A stretch of DNA of 35,499 bases, from the NCBI GenBank assembly GCA_004431415.1, contig QPMI01000639.1:1-35499 (forward strand). Direction: 5' to 3'. The notes under the pieces were generated by a model. It was not told where the DNA came from. It was given only the letters and a program-made list of their open reading frames with translations, and searched no databases. A program made the position numbers and the translations under genes. Shown here in pieces: positions 1-8,576 of this stretch (positions within the stretch are counted from its first letter, which is position 1; every line of letters begins with the position of its first letter). The DNA comes from Cyanophora paradoxa CCMP329. Lineage: Eukaryota > Plantae > Glaucophyta.

Positions 1-856
1 GATTGAAGATATCAGATTGCATTCCAATGAAGATAAATCGTTTTTTTGCAATTGCCACTGTAGCTGGACACAATATACTTTTTATCTCTCCTTTGGCTTT
101 CATAACATACCAGTTATTCGATTCATGGGAACCATTGCAGCATGGGCAATTAGTCCCTTATTAGCAGCATCAAAGTTAAAGCCAAGTTCAGTTTTGAGAG
201 ATTATATTGGGATGCATAAATCCCATATCCACCAGCTCTTTAAGATACTCTTTTCCAGTTCATCATGTGAGGTAGCATTAGCAGTATACTCACTCTTATA
301 GATATAGTTTCTCTGCAATCCACTTTTTAAACTCATCAGTAGGCTCATTGAAATCACAGGTATCATCCCATGGAGCATTACCCAGGTCTTGTTGACACTG
401 GGACAACACATTATTAATCCAGAAGTTCCAGTTCCAGTGATTGTTTTCAGGTCAACCTTTTCAAAGCCTTTAAAGCCTGGAGCCTTATCGGTGATTTTGA
501 GTTTAGTGAACTCCTCAGGTCGTTTAAAGTAGACATGATAGCCTTTTTTAGTTTTTGCCATGGGCTGATTGGCATCAAAGTCATCAGGAAACATATCTCG
601 GAATTTCTCAAAGTCCTCCTCATCATCAAAGTCAATAACCATCATGTTGTCTGAGAGCAGAATGCCCCAAGATACATACTGATTAGTTGCCAGCGCTTCC
701 TCATACTTTTCCCAGGACCAAGCACCTCCCTTATGCTTGAAAACTGGGTCTTTGCTGTCAGGTTTCACTGGGATAATCATGTTTTTGGCGAGTTCCTCAT
801 CAGAATCTGAGCCAGTTAGCGAGCGATTTGATTAACTTGGTCTGTTTGGCGTTCAT
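1..856 (-). CDS. Bifunctional primase-polymerase (AEP Prim-Pol) with downstream Zn-binding module; frameshifted as assembled, probably continues left of the window
   Basis: ORF 202-780 has Prim-Pol motifs IIPV..SKDP, WGILL, VIDFD and TKKGYHVYF. An upstream ATG at 856 (MNAKQTKLIKSLANWL) joins through a 1-nt shift. Alternate frames downstream give APWDDTCDFNEPTDEFKKWI and CPCCNGSHESNNWYV. Confidence 0.75.
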
Positions 857-872
857 TTTCAGCGATGGGGTC

Positions 873-911
873 CCTTTTATATATATAGAAGATTTTTCTT
901 TAAGTAGTTTT
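873..911 (-). promoter_or_regulatory. Element promoter-like motif copy A (AAAACTACTTAAAGA..TCTTCTATATATATAAAAGG) upstream of the Prim-Pol gene
   Basis: 38/39 identical to 2164-2202; lies 17 nt upstream of the ATG at 856 on the minus strand. Confidence 0.65.
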
Positions 912-1066
912 GGGTCCCCCAATCATTTTTTGTTGGAAATCGAGAAAGTATCCCTACGAAATTTATCCACATGATATATCGAGTGGTTCAGATACAAAAA
1001 GGATGAATGGTATTTCAGCGAATAAACAGCATATCCCCAGCCTAGTAATATGCTGGGAAAAATAAT

Positions 1067-1321
1067 TTAGACATGTTTCGATTTTCTCCCTCTGTTTGAG
1101 TAAGGGACATCATACAAATACTTGACAAAGCAGACTGCATTGGCTGCATACTTTCGCTGACATGAACTTGCTATTTTCATGGCTCTATAGGTATCATCGG
1201 TTTGATATAGATCTCTTAGCTGTGTGGCTATTTTTTCGTTAAACTTTTTGATTTGAGCCTTACCTTTTTCAGTTTGCTGGTACCTCTTCATAGCTCTCTT
1301 CTGGGCTTCACTGAGTGGCAT
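1067..1321 (-). CDS. Small basic hypothetical element protein (84 aa)
   Basis: Intact ORF with an A-rich start context, preceded by a variant of the shared upstream motif. Basic helical N-terminus MPLSEAQKRAMKRYQQTEKGK. Confidence 0.65.
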   Translation of the reverse strand: MPLSEAQKRAMKRYQQTEKGKAQIKKFNEKIATQLRDLYQTDDTYRAMKIASSCQRKYAANAVCFVKYLYDVPYSNRGRKSKHV

Positions 1322-1340
1322 TTTTCCTCTGTCTCTCTTA

Positions 1341-1370
1341 ATATATATAGAGAATTCTTTAAATCATTTT
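1341..1370 (-). promoter_or_regulatory. Element promoter-like motif copy B (AAAATGATTTAAAGAATTCTCTATATATAT)
   Basis: Shares the TTAAAGA and CTATATATAT blocks with copies A and C; 20 nt upstream of the ATG at 1321. Confidence 0.55.
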
Positions 1371-1377
1371 TTGTTCT

Positions 1378-2160
1378 TTAACCTCTCTGTCCAAATCTCT
1401 CAATATACATAAGTTTGAAATGCTTACCTAGCAATGCTACAAATGGTTCGATTTCCAAGGTCTCCCATGTTTTCTTGTCCTTATTCCATCTGCAATCTAA
1501 TCCTTTTGCGATATCTTTTTTAAGAAAAGGCACCTGAAACCCAGCAACCAATGTGTTTGTTGTACTGAGTTCTGCATACATTTCAATCAATGCAGATCTA
1601 CCCTCTCTGAACCTCTCTATATCATCTCTGCGAAGATTATCCATTTTGGAATAAACTGGTTGCACCAAATCAGGAAAAGATTAACTGCATGTTATTCCTT
1701 GCTCTTTCTTGTTCTAATTCTCTCTGCCTTCGCTCTCTTTCTTCTAATTCAAGTGTTCTTTCGCTCCTCTGCTTCTTTCTGATTTGCTTTTTTCTTTCCA
1801 ATTCTCTCCTTTATGATAATCTGCACTTATTACAGAAATTATCCTTTCGGTTTTTATGCGATCTCCACATCTTCATATATCTTCCCTCTGCACCCTTTGG
1901 CATAAATCGTAATGCAGCAATTCCCAACAATGACCACAATCTTTTTATTAACATGCAGATATAGCATTGTCTCTAATATGATGCATGCAAGCACATGCTC
2001 AGACTCTGGAGGCAGGTCGTAGTCAAATCATACTTTGCAAGCTTTGCCAAAGAGTTCATATATTTGCTTCTCCAAAGCAACAAATCTTTGAAGTTATCAG
2101 ATCCACAAAGCAACATTAATGTAGCCTTCAAGCGTTCCAGGAAGATTTCTTCTCTGCCAT
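1378..2160 (-). CDS. Cys-rich Zn-finger / coiled-coil protein with C-terminal DUF5710-like domain; frameshifted as assembled
   Basis: The C-terminal ORF 1378-1668 has FQVPFLKKDIAKGLDCRWNKDKKTW, matching the VPF.EKD.AK..G.RWD...K.W pattern. Upstream frames give CACMHHIRDN, IVGNCCI, HKNRKDNFCNKCR and an E/R/K-rich stretch. The ATG at 2160 follows motif copy C. Confidence 0.6.
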
Positions 2161-2163
2161 TGT

Positions 2164-2202
2164 CCTTTTATATATATAGAAGATATTTCTTTAAGTAGTT
2201 TT
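2164..2202 (-). promoter_or_regulatory. Element promoter-like motif copy C
   Basis: 38/39 identical to 873-911; immediately upstream of the ATG at 2160. Confidence 0.65.
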
Positions 2203-2272
2203 CATCAAATTTTTGCGTTCAGGAATATCCCCATTTAAAACCTCCCCTTTTAGTAGGAACAAGTTAGGAACT

Positions 2273-5200
2273 ATGCCCCGAATTAGCAACAGACTTATTA
2301 GAGAAAAAATGGGAACTCATGGGATTACTGGGAACACTGTATGCAGCCCATGAAATTACAGAGGCTGAATATGACCGGGAAATCGGATTTATTTCAAGGG
2401 GCAGACCCACTTTAGCAAAATTAACCAGAAAAGCCAATAACCTCTATGACAAAGTTGAGACTCTTGATGAACTCGATCGCCTGAGGCAAATAGAACCAGA
2501 GGCAGAAGATGGAACAGCATGAATGAATTATATCGCTGGCTCACTTACAGAGCCAGAAGGGAAGTTGTTGATGTGATTGAATATTTAGATAGAATTGCAA
2601 CCTCTCTACCAAAACGTTTAAGAGACAGTCTAGATCAATTCAGGGCAATCAAAGTTCGCTTGTCGTTTATCTGCAAGTTCGTAAAAGTCAGCAATCCACA
2701 GGTTTGGATATCGAAATACATTTACAGCGATTATTTTGTATTAACCAATCGAGAAATATTCGAACTGAGCTGAATAAAGCAGCCCAAATGTGTCAGGAGC
2801 AGATGAATGTGTTGATAGCTATCGATTGGAGAGAATCGAAATGCTAAGAGTTGCTATTATGAGTTATGCCCCAACTGGTGGCTGCTATGTTAAAACACCA
2901 GAATCAATTGCAGCTAAGAAAGCCACAGTGAATATTCGAAATATTGATGATTCTTGCTTCGAAAATGCCATTTGGCATGGATCCATAGGAAAGATGTAAA
3001 TTCCACAGAGAAGTGAGCTTACACAATATCGCAAATGGAAATACTCACCAACCACATACAATCCTTTGGCTCTCAATTTCGACAATATCCCATTCCCTGT
3101 TCCTTGTGATGCTGAAATCATTGATAAATTCGAAGCTCAAAATGCAGGCATTAGCATAAACATCTTTGGAATGGATGGAGATGTTATATATCCACTGCAT
3201 CAATCCAGCAACCCAGGCAGAAAGCAAAAAGATTAATCTCATGCTCATTCATGATGATGAAGGGAATGGTCACTATATTACAATCATGTCCCTTTCAAGA
3301 CTTCTCAGAGTTGCCCTTGATAAAACCAAGGATCAAAAGTTACACTACTGTGATACATGCTTATCTCGATTCAGGTCTGAGGCTAAACTCACTGCTCATG
3401 TGGACTCAAACAGATGCATTGATTGGAGACTCTCAAAGGGAATCACCCCTAAACCTGAGACCACCATAGAGTTTGGACTGAAAAACCTCAGGAAAACTGT
3501 GTGGCTTCCTGTTGTGGTTTACTGCAAGATTGAACATAGAAGCATCCCCATTGATGCATCGAAATCCAAAAGGGAAGTCTCAGCAGTCAACCTGAGAGTA
3601 GTCACTGGGGAAGATGTTCAAGATTTTTCGATTTGAGGGCAGGATCCAATGGGAGGTCTCTTTGAATGCTTGGAGTCCAAAGCTAGAGAACTAATCGATT
3701 TCCTGTTCACCAATATTCCAATGAATGAACTCACAGATGAGCAAAAGGCTATTTACAGGGCTACTAAACACTGTTACCTTTGCAGTGAGAGGTTCACTAA
3801 GGAAAACTTCAAATGCAGAGATCATGATCACCACACAGGTAATTACATTGCACCTGCATGCAGAAACTGCAATCTCCATAGGAGAATCTCAAAGCAAACC
3901 AAAGTTGCAGTTGTTGTTGACCAAATGGATGACTGTGGGACATTCATTTTCAGAAAAATAGCAGGCATGGGTGATAAAAAGCGAATCGAAATCCTTTCGA
4001 AAAACTTTGATCAATACCTGTCATTGCAATGGGTCTTTACAAGTTCATTGATGCAAGCAATTTCATGGATTTTGGAGCTGCTGATGTAGATGAGTTAATG
4101 AACAAATTCCAGGCTTTTAGAAGGCTTTCACACTCAGTATATGGATTGGACCCAGTTCATTATGTATCTGCACCTGGGTTATCTTGGGATGCTATGCTTA
4201 GGACCACCAAGGCAAAAATAGAGCTTATAAGTGATGTAGAGCAATACGAATTTGTTGAGAGGGAATCAGGGGTGGCTTTGCAACAATGCCTTGTAGGTAT
4301 GCTGAGGCTGATGGTGAAAACTCCCACATTATGCTGTTTGATGCTAACAACTTGTATGGCTACTGTTTGAGTCAGCCAATCCCAGTTGGTGATTTTAGAT
4401 GGGAGACCGAATTCAACCCACAAGATAACAGATCCAGTTTCCTGAAGTTGATCTGGATTACCCAATTAGGCTATATCTAGACCACAGTGATTTCCCCCTA
4501 ATTATTAACAGAAAATAGTAGAATATGCCGAATTATCACAATATCAAAAGAGCCTATTAGATCTTTCAGGAGAAGAGCTTGATAAGACCCTAAGCTAACT
4601 GCAACCTTTGGTTCTGTGACCAACTATGTGATTTCTGAGCCTCTTCTACAGTATCTGTTGGACAAAGGTGTGAAATTAAAGAAAGTTCACAGGGTCCTAT
4701 CATTTACTGTGGCTCCTGTCATGAAACCCTATATTGAGCTGAACACTGAGATGAGAAGGAAAGCAGTGAATAAATTCGAGGCTGATTTCTATAAGCTCAT
4801 GAATAACTCAATCTATGGGAAATGCATTGAATCTTGCAGAGGTAGATCTGTGGTTAAGATTGCAAACAGTGAGAAACTGTTTATGAAATATGCAGCCTCT
4901 CCATTGGTGAAATCAACAAGCCCCATAAACGAAAGAGCAGTTGCCTTTGAGTTTTACACAAAACATGTGAAGCTAGATAAGCCAGTTGCCATTGGAGCCT
5001 ATGTTTTGGATGCAGCCAAACTGCATAATTACCAGTTCTTCTATGATACTGTAAGGTCCCAATGGTCCAAAGCCAAATTACTGTTCCATGATACTGATTC
5101 CTTTTGTCTATATATCGAATCTAAGACCTTACAAAAAGATATAGAGAATATATCTTATGCCTTGGACCTAGGGGATCTAACAGAATGACCCAGGTAAATA

Positions 5201-5500
5201 CAAAAATGAGATGCCAGGTTCTGCTATATTGGAGTATGTGGGTCTCAGAGCCAAAGTTTACAGTTTCAGAACTGCTGAGATTGAGAGGAGTAAGCTCTCT
5301 GGGACTTCAACTGAGGAACTCCAATTTAATGATTTAAGCAGTGTTTATTTGCAGGTATCAGCAAGACTGTGACTGCAAAGCAGAAAAGAAGGGCAGATCA
5401 CACAATAATAGACACTGTGAGTAGAAGGGTTGCCCTAAACTGCTTTGATGCAAAGAGATACATCTTACCAGATGGTATTAATTCTGTTCCTTTTAATTAA
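2273..5500 (+). CDS. Protein-primed family B DNA polymerase (Maverick/Polinton type) with endonuclease VII-like Zn domain; multiple frameshifts as assembled
   Basis: Consecutive fragments in order: YVKTPESIAAKKATVNIRNIDDSCF, LNFDNIPFP, INLMLI..GHY, CDTCLSRF, CYLC...RDHDHHTGNYIAPACRNCNL, YGLDPVHYVSAPGLSWDAML, motif A FDANNLYG, motif B FYKLMNNSIYGK, motif C HDTDSF, GKYKNE, GLRAKVY, FDAKRYILPDGINSVPF, then TAA at 5498-5500. Confidence 0.9.
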
Positions 5501-5503
5501 GAG

Positions 5504-6888
5504 ATGCCAGCAACTGGAAGAATAGTTAGAAGAACCACTGAGCAACTGCAAGGTAACCTACTGCCCATCACAGTTCCAAAGGAGGAAAAGGGGGAATCTC
5601 GAATTGTCAAAAAATCAGAGATGAAAGAGCTTGTCCCAGTAGAGATCCCAGTTGCTATTGCAGTGAAAGAAACTAGCAAGATTGCCAAGAGATTCTATGA
5701 TGTGAGGACTGGTTACAAAGGGCTTCAAGCTATGAGAGCTGAGTTACCAGATGAATCCTATAAGCAGTTGCAAGAGTTCTATAAAAAACAAGAAGTTGTT
5801 CAGATCAATGCACCTGCTATATCTAGGAAGAGAGATCCATGGTCCCAATTAGGCAACCCCTTGATACCTATGTGATTGATTTGCTCTTTTTCCCAGCTTA
5901 TAAGAAACAAAACAATGGCTATGATACATTTATGACTGCAATGGAATCAACACTGAGAACTGGGTATATTATACCTATAAGAGATAAATCAGCTCTCACT
6001 ACATTGGCTGCATTTAAACAGCTTGAGATGAGAGTGGCAAGACCAATAGTAAAGGTTCAATCAGATGCTGGGAGTGAATTCCAAAATCGAATATTCCAGG
6101 AGTATTTATCTAGTAAATTCATAGAACACCAAGTGAGTGGAACTGCTGACCATAGAAGCCAAGGTCGAATTGAAGCCTTTAACAAGCAGATTAAGAGACT
6201 GATCACAAACTACTGCATAGCTAATAACACAGCTAGATTCTTTGATGTGTTAGGTGATATTGAGTATAATTACAATAATACAGTTCACTCAGCTACTAAG
6301 ATGAAGCCAGGTGAAACTACAGAGGAGCATTACAGGTATATAGTGGGATTAGAAGATGAGAGATTCAAGAAATCAATAGCTTATCTTGATACCATGCAGC
6401 CTGGCATGTTTGTTAGAGTGAAAGTTGAGAAGAACCCCTTTGCTAAACAGGGTAACAATTGGTCTAGGATGGTTTACACAGTTGATAGTAGGGAAGGCTT
6501 TAAGTTTAAGCTAAGGAGTCCCACTGGTGAGATCATAGATAACAGGTTTGCATTCCATGAGCTGTTGCCTGTGAATGCAGTTGAATATCTAGAAACCCCT
6601 ACAGTGGATGCCTTAGAGCAAGCTAAAGAGGAAGCTAGGGTTGATGCTGCTATAAGGAGAGAAGGCATAGAAGCTGCTAATGAAGTCCCAGATAAGCCTT
6701 TGATAGAGGCTAGGAAGGAGAAGGCTGGGAAAGTTAATAGGGAACTCAAAAAGCTCACCATAGCAGGCACACAGAAACTTTCAGAAGTGAATAGCCAGAG
6801 ATGGTATAGTGACTTTCAGACTACTAAGGAGTCATATACAGCCCCTAAACCTCAAAGAACACTAAGAGAGAGGACCAAAACTAGCTAG
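5504..6888 (+). CDS. Retroviral-like (rve) DDE integrase of Polinton type; one frameshift near 5838
   Basis: ORFs 5504-5875 and 5839-6888. Catalytic triad VIDLL / QSDAGSEF / IEAFNKQIK, then YNNTVHSATKMKP and the SH3-like GMFVRV...NWSRMVYTV. Starts 3 nt after the pol stop. Confidence 0.9.
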
Positions 6889-7365
6889 TTTGCTAGCCGA
6901 AAACTCGTTTTTTCCAAATATATGTATGACTGATATACATATATGCATATGATATACACATTGTCTTGTAGATCTTTTCAAGCGCTTCACAGCGATATGC
7001 AGAACGTTGCGATTTGATAATCTGGTGATGAGATACAAGCGTTTGAAGATGCCGATTATCGATTTTTCGAGATTTCGGAATGATGCATCATAATGATGTA
7101 ATAATGATGTATCATAAACACATAACATATATTATCGCCGTGATCGTCATGATCTCCCGAGTTCGATGGTGTGTCATATATATCATATACATATGCATCG
7201 TCATTATGACATCATTTCGTAACATAACACGTCCGTCATCGTCTTTTTTCCGCAGCGAACAGATAAGTGAACAGTTAACGAGACAACTATTGTAATAGTG
7301 TACTGCAACAACAATTGAAAACAAGATATGCGGGAAGCTATTGAAAGACAATGAAGCAAATTGCG

Positions 7366-7464
7366 AACAATTAAGTGAACAGTTAAGTGGACACCTGTTG
7401 GGAGTAGGCAGTGTCTACTCGTTTATCGTGAAACGGTGTCCACTTAACTGTTCATTTAACTGTT
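7366..7464. repeat. ~30-bp imperfect inverted repeat built from AACAGTTAAGTG-like iterons, with an inner GAGTAG/CTACTC hairpin
   Basis: TTAAGTGAACAGTTAAGTGGACACC (7371-7395) pairs with GGTGTCCACTTAACTGTTCATTTAA (7435-7459), 1 mismatch. An extra AAGTGAACAGTTAA copy lies at about 7265-7278. Confidence 0.85.
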
Positions 7465-7899
7465 GACGAAAACCCATGCATTATGACATCATATCATTAA
7501 ACCACATACAAAACACTAAAATGCATGTATCTCTTCACCAACTCATCATGTGACAAAACCAAAAACAGATTCGGAATCCTCTTAACGAGGCCTGCCTGAC
7601 GATGTAAGTATCATAGGCTCAATAATTCATATGTTTATAAGCATCTCCCCAAGATTCCCCCTATTATATAATATTTATATTAAAGTGGACTCTAGGTTGA
7701 CTCATATTAATCGTAAAAGTAGTAATAGTATATGGATTTTGTTACGAATTCAATGCAAGGGTTGACTAAGTGGGTTGAGTTGACTCAAATTTCACAGGAA
7801 ATAACAATGAATCAGAGTATAAAATGCATTTTTTGAATCAACTACACCAACTAACACTGAGATTTTCACAATATATGAGATCCTTACTGAATATGGTAT

Positions 7900-7990
7900 G
7901 TGTCACAGGTGTCACAGGTTTATCCCAGCTCAAGCCCTATAAAGAGTGATTTTCCCTTTCGATGGGATGGACCTGTGACACCTGTGACAC
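7900..7990. repeat. Perfect 20-bp inverted repeat, each arm a tandem of the 9-mer GTGTCACAG
   Basis: GTGTCACAGGTGTCACAGGT (7900-7919) and ACCTGTGACACCTGTGACAC (7971-7990). Pairing extends imperfectly inward (ATCCCA/TGGGAT) and outward (TGAATAT/ATATTCA). Confidence 0.9.
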
Positions 7991-8241
7991 CCAATATTCA
8001 TTAAATTCCTAAGGGTCCCCCTTAGACTCAATAAAACAATGATAAAAACATATAAGTTTCATGTATAATTACGATTGAATTCAATAAGAGATCGATTTGT
8101 TTTATTTAACAAATGAATCTTTTATGGATCTTAATCGAGTTTAGCGATATGTTTCCGATTAAATGAATTAAATTTAATTAAATTTAATCGAGAAAGTACA
8201 TGAATATAATATCGATTAAATCAATTAACTTTTAGACCAAT

Positions 8242-8524
8242 CACACATAGTAAAATGCGGAGTTTAACCAGAGCAAGATCTAATTGAGATTCAGTTATAT
8301 TATTCGGAAATATATACAGATTATCGATAGACTCAGTAAGACTAATCGGAAAATAAGAGAAATTTACGATAAAATATCGAAAAGAATACAAAATAATCGA
8401 AATAAATGAATATTCGATAAGATATACACAGATTATCGATTGATTGAAATAGAATATACGAGATATATCAACAAAATCAATTAAGATAAGCCGAGGGTTA
8501 AAACTCCGCATTTTACTATGTGTG
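8242..8524. repeat. 283-bp terminal cassette bounded by perfect 24-bp inverted repeats
   Basis: CACACATAGTAAAATGCGGAGTTT (8242-8265) is the exact reverse complement of 8501-8524. The outer arm coincides with the AT/GC boundary. No target-site duplication around the cassette (CCAAT vs CCGGG). Confidence 0.9.
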
Positions 8525-8576
8525 CCGGGGCCCTCGCGAACGCCCCCGTCGCCGTTGCTAGCGCCGTTGCGTGCAG

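Larger units (their letters stand above)
1..8524. mobile_element. Polinton/Maverick-like (polinton-like virus) element, right portion; left part lies outside the window
   Basis: AT-rich, intronless, CpG-poor block carrying a pPolB (motifs DANNLYG, KLMNNSIYGK, DTDS), an rve integrase (D-D-E) and a Prim-Pol gene. Sharp switch to very GC-rich host DNA right after ...ACTATGTGTG at 8524. No capsid, ATPase or protease genes are visible in the window. Confidence 0.88.

Noticed and set aside
2273-5500. Stop-codon reassignment or programmed frameshifting in the polymerase
   Set aside because: The breaks need frame changes at many scattered homopolymers rather than readthrough of one codon type or one slippery site. 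Indel error or decay is simpler.
5504-6888. LTR retrotransposon or Ginger origin of the integrase
   Set aside because: No RT, RNase H, gag or LTR is present. The gene abuts a pPolB and has Polinton-type flanking motifs.
6862-8511. Short ORFs 6862-7128, 7080-7295, 7112-7351 and 8221-8511
   Set aside because: Low-complexity Ile/Met/Tyr-rich translations of AT-rich repeat DNA with no motifs or upstream promoter motif.
8242-8524. Ordinary standalone MITE (CAC-ended CMC/Transib-like)
   Set aside because: No TSD of 2-6 bp, and the outer arm sits exactly at the island boundary. Kept only as an alternative hypothesis.
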